Shown here in pieces: positions 1 to 8,326 of a stretch of DNA of 62,373 nt. How positions within the stretch are numbered: the first letter of the stretch is position 1; every line of letters starts with the position of its first letter. Position numbers and translations under genes: made by a program. The notes beneath the pieces are model-generated. The model did no database searches. It had not been told where the DNA came from and saw only the letters and a list, made by a program, of their open reading frames with translations. The DNA is from Candidatus Acidiferrales bacterium (GTDB lineage Bacteria > Acidobacteriota > Terriglobia > Acidiferrales > UBA7541): NCBI GenBank assembly GCA_035279805.1, contig DATEHB010000125.1, positions 1 to 62,373 of the forward strand. The letters run 5' to 3'.

Positions 1-698
1 CCGAGCATCGCGCCGACCTGCGTACGGACGAGGTGCGGGATCTGCGTGGAAGTCCAGATTGTTAATTTGGGCTCGCCGGCATCAAATGTGGCGACAACAC
101 CGCGCGGCTCCATGGCCATGGGAATCAGGCGCTGATTGACCATGCGCTGCTTGATAACTTTGTCGGCCTTTTTGAAAGCGCCCGCGACGTCGCCACCCTC
201 GAGTTCCCAGCGATACGCGACGTTGTCGGCGAAGTTATCGTAAAGTTTGGGCGAGCCCTTGGTGATGGCCTTTTCGGGATCAACGACGGCGGTGAGGGGT
301 TCGTAATCGACTTCGACCAGATCAACTGCATCGCGGGCGGCGTAGCGTTCATTGGCGACGATGACGGCGACCGGCTCGCCGACGAAGCGGACTTTGTCGG
401 TTGCGAGCACGGTGCGAACTGCGGGCTTCATGTCGGGGATTTGCGCCGCGCAAGGGACAGGACCGATGACGCCACGGACGTCCTCACTTGTGATTACGGC
501 AACGACGCGGGAAGCTGATTTCGCTTTGGAAACATCGACGGAGCGAATTTTGGCGTGGGCATACGGGCTGCGGACAACGGCCATGTAATGCATGTTTGCG
601 AGTTGAATGTCGTCAACGTAATGCGCGAGACCTTGAATGAGGCGCGGGTCTTCCTTTCGCTTCATCGGCTTGCCAATGTATTTTGACGCCGTCGCCAT
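1..698 (-). CDS. Molybdopterin-binding large subunit of the xanthine dehydrogenase / aerobic CO dehydrogenase family (CoxL-like), N-terminal 232 codons; the 3' part lies outside the window
   Basis: Missing from the ORF track because it is open at the window edge. My reverse translation from ATG at 698 gives MATASKYIGKPMKRKEDPRLIQGLAHYVDDIQLANMHYMAVVRSPYAHAKI...KLTIWTSTQIPHLVRTQVGAML. The K-x-K-E-D-x-R-L N-terminus, VRSP-x-AHA and STQ-x-PH blocks are family hallmarks. It lies 89 nt downstream of the 2Fe-2S subunit gene. Confidence 0.8.
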   Translation of the reverse strand, partial: MATASKYIGKPMKRKEDPRLIQGLAHYVDDIQLANMHYMAVVRSPYAHAKIRSVDVSKAKSASRVVAVITSEDVRGVIGPVPCAAQIPDMKPAVRTVLATDKVRFVGEPVAVIVANERYAARDAVDLVEVDYEPLTAVVDPEKAITKGSPKLYDNFADNVAYRWELEGGDVAGAFKKADKVIKQRMVNQRLIPMAMEPRGVVATFDAGEPKLTIWTSTQIPHLVRTQVGAML

Positions 699-786
699 GG
701 GTGACCTCCAAAACAAACTGCTTCCTTCCTTCGTCTACGGTAAACAGGATGGGTCCGCGCAAAGACTCGCCCGCAATTAACGCGCG

Positions 787-1293
787 CTAGCGAGCTTTTG
801 CCTCCATTTTTTTCGCTGCGTACTGAATTGCTTCCACAATATTCTGATAGCCGGTGCAACGGCACAGGTTGCCGTTGAGCGCACCTCGAATTTCAGATTC
901 GCTGGGCTTGGGATTCTCGCTGAGCAAAGCGACCGCTGTTAAAATCATTCCGGGAGTGCAATAGCCGCACTGCAAGCCATGCTTTTCCCAGAATCCCTCC
1001 TGCATAGGATGAAGACCCACGTGACCGTTGGAGCCATTCGATTTCCAGGTGGCCGCGAGGCCTTCGATGGTGGTGATTTCCACGCCGTCGGCCTGCGCGG
1101 CAAGCATGGTGCAGGATTTCACGGCTTTGCCGTTAAGGAGGACCGTGCACGCGCCGCAGAGGCTCGTCTCACAGCCAATGTGAGTGCCGGTGAGGCCCAG
1201 CGTGTCGCGAAGATAATGGACCAGCAGCAGCCGGGGCTCGACTTTGCCTTCGTGCTCTTTGCCGTTCACGCTGATTCGGACGTCGATGGCCAT
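787..1293 (-). CDS. (2Fe-2S)-binding small subunit of a Mo-hydroxylase (CoxS-like)
   Basis: Track ORF is 787..1311 (GTG). I prefer ATG at 1293 ([16 protein letters not shown]...), which has GGAGG just upstream. Cys clusters CETSLCGAC and CGYCTPG...CRCTGY are typical of the two [2Fe-2S] centres of CoxS/XdhA-type subunits. Confidence 0.9.
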   Translation of the reverse strand: MAIDVRISVNGKEHEGKVEPRLLLVHYLRDTLGLTGTHIGCETSLCGACTVLLNGKAVKSCTMLAAQADGVEITTIEGLAATWKSNGSNGHVGLHPMQEGFWEKHGLQCGYCTPGMILTAVALLSENPKPSESEIRGALNGNLCRCTGYQNIVEAIQYAAKKMEAKAR

Positions 1294-1624
1294 GGCCCCT
1301 CCGCGAGACACTCCGGTTGTTCAATCGGGCTTCTAAATGGGAATTGAAAGTTACTCCCGAGACGCGAAAATATCAAGGCGGAGGAAAAACATTCCGGATT
1401 TCGCAGGCAGGAAAATTCGACACTTGCTTTCTATCTCGGCGCGACTCGAAGTAGATTCCTCGGTCCGGCAAAATACGCCGATCCTCGGAATGACACTTGA
1501 CCTATTTTTTTGGGGAAGGCGGCGCGGGCGTCGGACTGGGAGAATTGTGTGCATGCGGACGTTAGCGCGCAGGACAAACGTACTACGCGCACGTTTCTGA
1601 TGTGCCGGCCGCAAACTGAGCGGT

Positions 1625-2200
1625 TCAGCCGCGCCACGCTTTTACATCTAATTCCATGAGACAACTGTCTCGATACTCGCCTTCGTGAAGCTCATGCTTT
1701 GACAATATCTTCACACGCCGGAAGCCGCACTTTTCGTAGCAACGAATCGCACGGAAATTGTCGACGTGGGGATCTATAACGACTTTCCGGGCCGCTCTAA
1801 TTCCGAAAAGATACTCGAGGAACAGACTAACGGCTTGTGTTCCGATACCCTGACCCCAATAACCAGTTTCGCCGATGAACAGGTCCATCGAGTAGGTACC
1901 GTCAACGTCAGAATCGCCCAGATCGTAGGAAGCCCTCACTTCTTCCGTGACCGGATCATACTGGAGGTAACCGATCGCAGTTCCCCGGTACAACAGAAAA
2001 CAAGGCGTGACGCCTTCCGAACTCAGGATGCGAGGCGAGTACTTTTCCGCGGCTTGTTTGAGAGGAAGGGGGTTGTCCCTCCCATCATAGAACTCCAACA
2101 CGCGGGGATCGGTGAGCCATTTGGACATGAGCCTGTAGTCGAGAAGGTCGTCTCGCATCAAACGAAAGGCGAGATCGCCGCGTTCGATCAGATTGTCCAT
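1625..2200 (-). CDS. GNAT family N-acetyltransferase, AAC(6')-Ib-like (aminoglycoside 6'-N-acetyltransferase-like)
   Basis: The track ORF (to 2326) overlaps the corC-like gene. An internal ATG at 2200 (MDNLIERGDLAFRLMRDD...) starts 4 nt after the upstream stop. By eye it resembles AAC(6')-Ib-type enzymes: WLTDPRVLEFY, VTPCFLLYRGTAIGYLQ, acetyl-CoA loop GQGIGTQ, DPHVDNFRAIRCYEKCGF. Confidence 0.75.
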   Translation of the reverse strand: MDNLIERGDLAFRLMRDDLLDYRLMSKWLTDPRVLEFYDGRDNPLPLKQAAEKYSPRILSSEGVTPCFLLYRGTAIGYLQYDPVTEEVRASYDLGDSDVDGTYSMDLFIGETGYWGQGIGTQAVSLFLEYLFGIRAARKVVIDPHVDNFRAIRCYEKCGFRRVKILSKHELHEGEYRDSCLMELDVKAWRG

Positions 2201-2204
2201 AACG

Positions 2205-3497
2205 CTAGCTGCTTTGAGGGGTTGCAGCGCGGGCTTCGGACTGGCGGCGCGCGCGCAGGCGGAGGACTTTGCGCTGGTTGGCTTCGAGGACCTCGAACTG
2301 CAGGCCATCATAGTCGAGTTTTTCACCGGCTTCGGGTACGTGGCCCGCGATGTGATTCAACAGGCCAGCGACCGTCGCCGCGGTGGATTCGACGTCGCGG
2401 TCATTCAAGTGAACACCGAACAATTCTTCGAGCTTTTCCACTGAGAGACTGCCGCGAAGAACCATGCTGCCTGAGCTTTCGCGGATGACATCGGGCGCGG
2501 GCTGACGATCCTCTTCGCCGATTTCGCCGACAATCTCCTCAACCAGATCTTCCGCGGTGACGACGCCGGCCATGGAACCGTATTCATCAATCACGATGGC
2601 CATCTGCTGGCTTTTGCGCTGCATTTCTTTGAGCAGGCTGGAACCCATTTTCGCTTCGGGAACGAACAAGGCCGGGCGCACAAGTTCGCGCACGGTGCGC
2701 TGGACCGAGTCGCTTTCGGGAACCTGCAAAACATCGCGCGCGATGACGATTCCGATAATTTCGTCGAGATTGTTTTCGTAGACAGGCAGGCGCGAAAGCT
2801 TGGCTTCGACAAGGAGGCGGCGCAATTGCTCGATGGTGGAGGCGGCGGGAATGGCAATCACGTCGGGACGCGGCGTCATCACCTCCCGGACGCGCTTATC
2901 ACTGAATTCGACAACCTGCTCGATCAGGCGCGCTTCATCCTGCTCGAGAATGCCCTCTTCGGTGGCGGCGTCGACGATGGCTTCGATAGCGTGCTGGTCG
3001 TCAGGGACCGTGCCGCTGTCGGGTTCATCGGAAATATGCAGGAGCGAGATGGCAAATTCGAGAATGGCTTGAACGGGCCAGACGAACCACGCAAAAAGAC
3101 GAATGAGCGGCAAAAACGGGATAAGCCACTTCCCCGTGGTTCGCGCAAGAAGCAGCGCGGGGAGAAATTGCATTCCTACGATGACTTCGAGGCCCAAGAA
3201 GAAAATCATCTCAGCGACGATTTGCCAGGTCTCGCCGGCAAAGAGGATGACGGCGCGCGCGGTGAGCACGGAAACAACGACGAGCCAGAGACGCGCGAGA
3301 AGACTGAAAGTCCCGCCCGCGCGGAAGCGAGCAATTCGCAGGCGCGGCTCGATTTCCGTGACGTAGGCGTCAAGATTCGCGTGCGCCGGACCGGCAACGA
3401 CGCGGCCGAGCTGGCGGTAAATGCGGTCAAGATACGCAAAGACCGTGAGGCTCGCGGCGAGGACGAGAATTCCGATCGTGTAGTAAAGCAAGCTCAT
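2205..3497 (-). CDS. Hemolysin-family / CorC-type protein (CNNM-DUF21 membrane domain + CBS pair + CorC_HlyC domain)
   Basis: 430 aa. Hydrophobic N-terminal third, a tandem CBS region (VREVMTPRPDVIAIPAAS..., RLPVYENNLDEIIGIV..., QMAIVIDEYGSMAGVVTAEDLVEEIVGEI) and a C-terminal transporter-associated domain. It is the third gene of the conserved phoH-ybeY-corC cluster. Confidence 0.85.
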   Translation of the reverse strand: MSLLYYTIGILVLAASLTVFAYLDRIYRQLGRVVAGPAHANLDAYVTEIEPRLRIARFRAGGTFSLLARLWLVVVSVLTARAVILFAGETWQIVAEMIFFLGLEVIVGMQFLPALLLARTTGKWLIPFLPLIRLFAWFVWPVQAILEFAISLLHISDEPDSGTVPDDQHAIEAIVDAATEEGILEQDEARLIEQVVEFSDKRVREVMTPRPDVIAIPAASTIEQLRRLLVEAKLSRLPVYENNLDEIIGIVIARDVLQVPESDSVQRTVRELVRPALFVPEAKMGSSLLKEMQRKSQQMAIVIDEYGSMAGVVTAEDLVEEIVGEIGEEDRQPAPDVIRESSGSMVLRGSLSVEKLEELFGVHLNDRDVESTAATVAGLLNHIAGHVPEAGEKLDYDGLQFEVLEANQRKVLRLRARRQSEARAATPQSS

Positions 3498-3500
3498 CTG

Positions 3501-3977
3501 CTATTGAATTCCCAATTGACGACGCAGGCGACGCTCGAGACGTTCCATTTCGCCGCTGTCGGTTTCGTGATCGTATCCCAACAAATGAAGAACTCCATGA
3601 AGCATGAGCGTGCGCATTTCAGCGTCGAACGGACGGCCCGATTGCTGGGCGTTGCGGCGCGCGACAGCAGGCGCTATGGCAATGTCACCCAGATATGAGC
3701 CGTTGCGCGGCACGGAACTTCGCGAGCCGCGGGCTGCTTTAGAGCCATTTCGTGCGGCGCGCGTTTTTGTTGCGACGGCTTCGGCTGGAAATGAGAGGAC
3801 GTCCGTGGGTTTCGCTCTGCCGCGATAGATGCGATTCCAGCGCGCGATCTGGGCGTCCGTCACCAGGCATACCGTGGCAGCCTCGGGCGAAAGGTGCAGA
3901 AGCCGTGTGAGGCGCGCGAAGAATTGCTCCAATGAGGGAGAAACAACGGGTACACGTCTCTGTCGATTGATTACCAT
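3501..3977 (-). CDS. ybeY: rRNA maturation endoribonuclease YbeY
   Basis: The track ORF starts at 4130, inside phoH. ATG at 3977 (MVINRQRRV...) lies 8 nt after the phoH stop. Zinc motif HGVLHLLGYDH, plus TDVLSFP and LGDIAI blocks. A roughly 20-aa basic insertion sits between SFP and LGD. Confidence 0.9.
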   Translation of the reverse strand: MVINRQRRVPVVSPSLEQFFARLTRLLHLSPEAATVCLVTDAQIARWNRIYRGRAKPTDVLSFPAEAVATKTRAARNGSKAARGSRSSVPRNGSYLGDIAIAPAVARRNAQQSGRPFDAEMRTLMLHGVLHLLGYDHETDSGEMERLERRLRRQLGIQ

Positions 3978-3987
3978 GGGCTGGGGA

Positions 3988-4998
3988 CTACTCCGCGCTG
4001 CCGCGACGGCCGGATTCACGGGGATGATTATTGGCTGCCGGACGATTCCCGTGCTGCCCGCCGTCGTATTCCTCGTAAGCCTTGATGATGCGCTGAACCA
4101 AATTGTGGCGCACGACGTCGCGTTCGTCAAAATGGATAATAGCGATGCCCTCGATTTTGCCTACCACGTCGAGCGCTTCGACAAGGCCGGAGCGGCGCTC
4201 GGTGGGCAAATCGATCTGCGTGACGTCGCCCGTGATGACGGCCTTGGAATTGAATCCGAGGCGCGTGAGGAACATTTTCATTTGCTCGCTGGTGGTGTTC
4301 TGAGCTTCGTCGAGGATCACGAAAGAATCATTCAGTGTGCGGCCGCGCATGAACGCCAGCGGAGCCACCTCAATGATGTCTTTTTCGAGGAAACGCTCAA
4401 GTTTGTCGGCTTCGAGCATGTCGTGGAGTGCGTCGTAGAGCGGACGCATGTAAGGATCGACCTTTTCCTGCAGAGTGCCGGGTAAAAAGCCGAGACGCTC
4501 GCCCGCTTCGACGGCGGGCCGGACGAGGATGATGCGGTTCACCTGCTTCGTGAGGAGCGCAGATGCCGCCATGGCAACCGCCAAGTACGTCTTACCCGTT
4601 CCGCCGGGACCTATGGCGAAAACCATGTCGTATTGCTCGAGCGCGTCCATATAGCGGCGCTGGTTGGAACTCTTCGCGCTTATGGGCTTCTTTCCAAAGG
4701 CACGCGGGCGCGGATGTTCGACCACACCGCGCATCGAGAAATCGGGTTCTTCATGGGCCATACGCAGCATTGCCTTCACGTCTGCGCTTTCAATTTTGCG
4801 CCCTTCACGGATCAGTTGATTGTAATCGTTCAAGAACCTGGCGGCGCGGCTGACTTCGGCAGGATTGCCTTCAATTTCCAGATCGCTGTCGCGCAATTGC
4901 GTGGTTACATGGAGAGTCGATTCAAGGAGCTTGAGATTCTCGTCGTAGGTACCGAAAAGATCGGCGATGCCCCCCGACATCCTGACGGTTTGTCTCAT
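3988..4998 (-). CDS. phoH: PhoH-family ATPase (YbeZ-like)
   Basis: Walker [14 protein letters not shown] and Walker B-like FVILDEAQN, with a PhoH-type C-terminal region. It is the first gene of the phoH-ybeY-corC cluster. Confidence 0.9.
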   Translation of the reverse strand: MRQTVRMSGGIADLFGTYDENLKLLESTLHVTTQLRDSDLEIEGNPAEVSRAARFLNDYNQLIREGRKIESADVKAMLRMAHEEPDFSMRGVVEHPRPRAFGKKPISAKSSNQRRYMDALEQYDMVFAIGPGGTGKTYLAVAMAASALLTKQVNRIILVRPAVEAGERLGFLPGTLQEKVDPYMRPLYDALHDMLEADKLERFLEKDIIEVAPLAFMRGRTLNDSFVILDEAQNTTSEQMKMFLTRLGFNSKAVITGDVTQIDLPTERRSGLVEALDVVGKIEGIAIIHFDERDVVRHNLVQRIIKAYEEYDGGQHGNRPAANNHPRESGRRGSAE

Positions 4999-5051
4999 CT
5001 AGATTTAGGTAGCGTGTATATCCTTTGCGCGTCGATTTGCGCGGAAGTAAT

Positions 5052-5080
5052 ACGTTACAGGAGGCGCGTCCTACGGTCAA
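5052..5080 (-). promoter_or_regulatory. Candidate sigma70-type promoter for phoH operon (-35 TTGACC, 17-nt spacer, -10 TAACGT on minus strand)
   Basis: The reverse complement reads cgtcTTGACCgtaggacgcgcctcctgTAACGTatt, about 54 nt upstream of the phoH ATG. This is a sequence match only. Confidence 0.3.
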
Positions 5081-5149
5081 GACGGGCGTATCTATCTGTC
5101 TTATTATCTATTCGATAGAACTGTGGTTTGTGTCGAAATCTGACCGCGC

Positions 5150-5731
5150 TTACTGTTTCGCCGCGGGAAAGGCGACTTTTGGCACGGCGCGCCCAGCCGG
5201 CGATGCCGCAAAGTAAGCATCGTTGCGCTGAAAGCCCGCCCAATGCGCGAACGCACTGTTCGGAAAAGTGCCAATGAAGGTGTTGTAGTCCTGAATTGCA
5301 TCATCGTAACGCTTGCGCTCGACCGCGATGCGGTTTTCGGCACCGGCCAGTTCATCCTGAAGTTTCAAGAAGCTCTCGTTGGATTTGAGTTGCGGATAAT
5401 TTTCGGTGAGCGCCAGGACTCTGACGAGGGCGTTATCAAGCTGGCCATTGGCGGCAATTTTATCTTTCGGCGTTTGGGCGTTAATCAGGCTGGCGCGCGC
5501 GTTGGCGACGGCGGTAAACACAGTAACTTCCTGTGCGGCGATGCCCTTTACGGTCTCGACCAGGTTGGGAATTAGATCGGCGCGCCGTTCGAGGACGACG
5601 TCCACCTGCGCCCAGTCGGATTTGACCGCTTCGTTCTTGCGCACCATTTGATTTCGCGCGCTGATATACATCCCCGCGACGATGACGATGATCAGGACGA
5701 TGACGCCCAGCGCTGCCCAGCCCTTTTTCAT
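5150..5731 (-). CDS. lemA: LemA family protein
   Basis: ATG at 5731 has GGAGG 6 nt upstream (track start 5758 is an alternative). One N-terminal TM helix is followed by the LemA block RNQMVRKNEAVKSDWAQVDVVLERRADLIPNLVETVKG...ENRIAVERKRYDDAIQDYN. Confidence 0.85.
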   Translation of the reverse strand: MKKGWAALGVIVLIIVIVAGMYISARNQMVRKNEAVKSDWAQVDVVLERRADLIPNLVETVKGIAAQEVTVFTAVANARASLINAQTPKDKIAANGQLDNALVRVLALTENYPQLKSNESFLKLQDELAGAENRIAVERKRYDDAIQDYNTFIGTFPNSAFAHWAGFQRNDAYFAASPAGRAVPKVAFPAAKQ

Positions 5732-5924
5732 TTTGTGCCTCCGCCGAAAACGAATCACTCATTCTCACTGATGCATCTCTTAAAAACGAAAAAAATCGGA
5801 ACTTGGTCCTTCGCTCCTCAGCGCGCACAAACCGCTCAGCATGGGGCGCGCACTACTAATCCCCGTCACAAGGAGCGCCAGTGAATTGCCGGTCCCGGAA
5901 AAGCGATCCTTGCCGGACGTGGCG

Positions 5925-6644
5925 CTATCGGGTGCCTTCGAAACGGCGGTCGACGAGATTGGTCATACGCTCGACCAATTCCACAAATCCGCGCAGAGTT
6001 TCCTGGGCATCCACGTCCGAGGACTTCGTTTTTCCCTCACGCACATCAAGAACCGTGCGAAAAGCGTCTGGAGTGCTGCCGACAAGGGCCGCAGCGCGGT
6101 CGACGACTTCGCGCTTCGATGCGGAAGCAGGTTCACCGAGCGCCAAGAGCGCGTGGCGAAACAAGGTGACGAATGCCGACACGGAGGCGTCCATCAGGCT
6201 GACAACGAGGCGATCCTTCGGCGGCACGGAGAGAATGCCGTGCCGCAAGCGCACAAGATTAGTGCGCAGTTCACGCTCCACCTGCAATTTGTGCAAATTG
6301 GTTGGGACGTTGAGCGTAGAGAAAAAATCTTCACCGTAAATCATTTTGTGATTGGTTTTCATGTCGAGCAATTCAATGGCGAAAATATCGGCGGAAGCGC
6401 GCAGCTCTTCCTGAGTGAAGACCTGCGGGGCGTCAAAGCCCTTTCGCTTCCACCAAGCAACCGTCTCGTGCAGGGCTTCGAGCCCCGGCGTGCCGGTAGT
6501 TTCGAGAATGCAGAGGATATTCAGGTCGGAGTGCTGCTTGCGATACTCGCCCGTGACGGCCGAGCCGTAGAGCACGATGGCCTTCAGATTCGACCCGGCC
6601 GCGTGTTGCAGCTTCTCTTTTAACTGCTGCAGCAATTCTTCCAT
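5925..6644 (-). CDS. Nucleotidyltransferase-domain protein (Pol-beta/MNT/KNTase-like N-terminal domain + about 130-aa helical C-terminal domain)
   Basis: The minimal NTase signature is LYGSAVTGEYRKQHSDLNILCIL (G-S, 11 residues, then D-L-N). The second carboxylate position is Asn. The C-terminal half is predicted helical by composition only. Confidence 0.6.
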   Translation of the reverse strand: MEELLQQLKEKLQHAAGSNLKAIVLYGSAVTGEYRKQHSDLNILCILETTGTPGLEALHETVAWWKRKGFDAPQVFTQEELRASADIFAIELLDMKTNHKMIYGEDFFSTLNVPTNLHKLQVERELRTNLVRLRHGILSVPPKDRLVVSLMDASVSAFVTLFRHALLALGEPASASKREVVDRAAALVGSTPDAFRTVLDVREGKTKSSDVDAQETLRGFVELVERMTNLVDRRFEGTR

Positions 6645-6796
6645 TGCTCCGCCATTTTTCGCCTGGAGAAGTCTATCCTAACCTTATAGCTTGCTGGAAA
6701 ACTCGAATTTCAAGAAATCTCAGGTCGCGGGGCCATGGCGACTTCATACATAACCGAGAACTTCTCTTGCCGCGGATAGTGCGCAAAGCCGACTCC

Positions 6797-6835
6797 CCGC
6801 CTGCCTACCGCGGCGGGCAAGCGGCAGGCAGGCGG
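6797..6835 (-). terminator. Very GC-rich 15-bp hairpin in the TPM/NTase intergenic region (possible terminator or RNA stabiliser for the TPM gene)
   Basis: Plus strand reads CCGCCTGCCTACCGC-GGCGGGCAA-GCGGCAGGCAGGCGG. On the minus-strand RNA the single imperfect position is a G-U wobble, whereas on the plus strand it is an A-C mismatch. The downstream U-tract is poor (GGCUUUGCGC). Confidence 0.3.
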
Positions 6836-6941
6836 TGCCTCCGGCAGGCAAGCTCGTTGCATGGAACCCTGGAATGACCATGAAAATTCCTCGCGAGAAT
6901 GCTTCAAGAGAAAAATCCGCATTCATCGCACAGCGCTTTCG

Positions 6942-7814
6942 TTACCAGCTGCCGCTGGCGCCGCCGCCGCCAAACGAGCCTCCGCCAAAACCGCCGAACC
7001 CTCCTCCGCCGCCGAATGCTCCTCCACCCCAGGAGCCGCCTCCCCAGTTACCGCCTCCGAAATACCACGGAGCGCCAGCAGCCCACCAAACGCCGTGGCC
7101 GCCGCGGCCGTATTTGCGTCTCGCGCGCATGCGCATCAGCAGACCAAGGAGCGGGAAGAACAATAGCATCATGACCGACAGGAGAGGCACAGCGATGTTT
7201 CTGGCCGTGAACGGGGGAGGCGGAGTCTCCGCACCCATGGGATTGCTCCGCGATTCCTGGGCCAGCGCGTCAAGAGTTACGCCGCGATCCTTGGCAATCA
7301 CCGCGGCGATGCGTTCGGTGAGCAGCAGGACCGCGCCGCTGTAATTCCGTATCTTAAGTTGCGGCTGCGCTTCCCTGCCAAAAGTTCCCACAAGCCCGTC
7401 GGGCAGTATCGACTCCAGGCCATAACCAACTTCAATCCGATATTTGCGCTCGTTTGGAGCGAGCAGAATGAGGACTCCACGATCTTTTTGCCTGGGACCG
7501 ATGCCCCAGTGCGTTGCCAGATTGATCGAGTAATTTTCGATGGATTCGCCTTCCAGGGAGCGCACAGTTACGACTGCGATCTCCGCCTGCGCCTTGCGAT
7601 CGACTTCCAGACACAACACCTCGATGGCTTTTTTGGAATCGGGGGCGAGGACCCGCGCGAAGTCATTGACGTATCCCTGAGGGCGCAGCGTCCGCGGGTT
7701 CTGCGCGACTACGGCCGATGCACCGATGAACAGAACGAAAATAGCTATGCCAGCCAGCGGGGCCAGGCAGTTCGGGCGCCGGGGTACTTTCGAGAATTGC
7801 CGGAGTCTCGCCAT
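6942..7814 (-). CDS. TPM-domain (YgcG-like) membrane protein with Gly-rich C-terminal tail
   Basis: N-terminal signal/TM segment, then the TPM block GYVNDFARVLAPDSKKAIE...AEIAVVTVRSLEGESIENYS...WGIG...KDRGVLILLAPNERKYRIEVGYGLE, a C-terminal TM helix and a GGGNWGGGSWGGGAFGGGGGFGGFGGG tail. Confidence 0.8.
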   Translation of the reverse strand: MARLRQFSKVPRRPNCLAPLAGIAIFVLFIGASAVVAQNPRTLRPQGYVNDFARVLAPDSKKAIEVLCLEVDRKAQAEIAVVTVRSLEGESIENYSINLATHWGIGPRQKDRGVLILLAPNERKYRIEVGYGLESILPDGLVGTFGREAQPQLKIRNYSGAVLLLTERIAAVIAKDRGVTLDALAQESRSNPMGAETPPPPFTARNIAVPLLSVMMLLFFPLLGLLMRMRARRKYGRGGHGVWWAAGAPWYFGGGNWGGGSWGGGAFGGGGGFGGFGGGSFGGGGASGSW

Positions 7815-7958
7815 CTGCAGATGAATTTATGCCGTTGTGCAGCAAAAAGTCACGCAAAACCGTAATCGTGCCGCGCCATCTTAGGCCGTCATGACCGTAA
7901 CGTCAAAACCGACAGGCCGGGCTGCGGCGGTTTTGATACGGGCCGGGCCGGCTCAAAA

Positions 7959-7987
7959 TTGACAATCGGTGGCGCGTCCGATACTCT
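7959..7987 (+). promoter_or_regulatory. Candidate sigma70-type promoter of rpsT (-35 TTGACA, 17-nt spacer, -10 TACTCT)
   Basis: Reads aaaaTTGACAatcggtggcgcgtccgaTACTCTtgc, ending 33 nt upstream of the rpsT ATG. Confidence 0.45.
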
Positions 7988-8020
7988 TGCTGTTCAGTTC
8001 TAATTCTGAAGGAGCGCTTG

Positions 8021-8326
8021 ATGCCCACGGGCACCGCTGTAAAGCAAAAGAAAAGGTCCAAGTCAGTCTTCAAGAATATGCGGCAGACCGAGCACCGCAC
8101 GGTGACAAATCGCGCCAATCGCACGCGCGTTCGCACCGCGCTGCGGCAGTATCGCGCGTCGCTCGCGACGGGCGACGTGGCGAAGACGGAAAAGCTGGTT
8201 CCGCAGACGTTTTCGGAGCTGGATCGCGCCGTCAAGAACCACTCCCTGCCCCGCAATACGGCGAATCGCTACAAGTCGCGTCTGACCATTGCACTGAATA
8301 CTCTGCGCAAAACCAAGAAATCCTAA
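8021..8326 (+). CDS. rpsT: 30S ribosomal protein S20 (bS20)
   Basis: ATG at 8021 has GGAG 7 nt upstream (track start is TTG at 8018). It is a basic 101-aa protein, KSVFKNMRQTEHRTVTNRANRTRVRTALR...NRYKSRL. Confidence 0.95.
   Translation: MPTGTAVKQKKRSKSVFKNMRQTEHRTVTNRANRTRVRTALRQYRASLATGDVAKTEKLVPQTFSELDRAVKNHSLPRNTANRYKSRLTIALNTLRKTKKS

Noticed and set aside
1294-1624. The 330-nt non-coding region upstream of the CoxS-like gene. I considered a molybdenum-cofactor (Moco) riboswitch or other leader RNA, because it precedes a Mo-enzyme operon and contains CCUCCGCC and UCUCGGGAG segments plus CCGAGGA direct repeats.
   Set aside because: I cannot reconstruct the Moco motif consensus or a convincing multi-stem fold by eye. 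An Infernal scan with the Rfam Moco_RNA_motif model would decide.
6835-7344. A proline-rich ORF (PPPPNEPPPKPPNPPPPPNAPPPQEPPPQLPPP) on the plus strand.
   Set aside because: It is the reverse-complement reading of the Gly-rich (GGN) tail of the TPM-domain gene. The TPM reading frame has a recognisable domain and this one does not.
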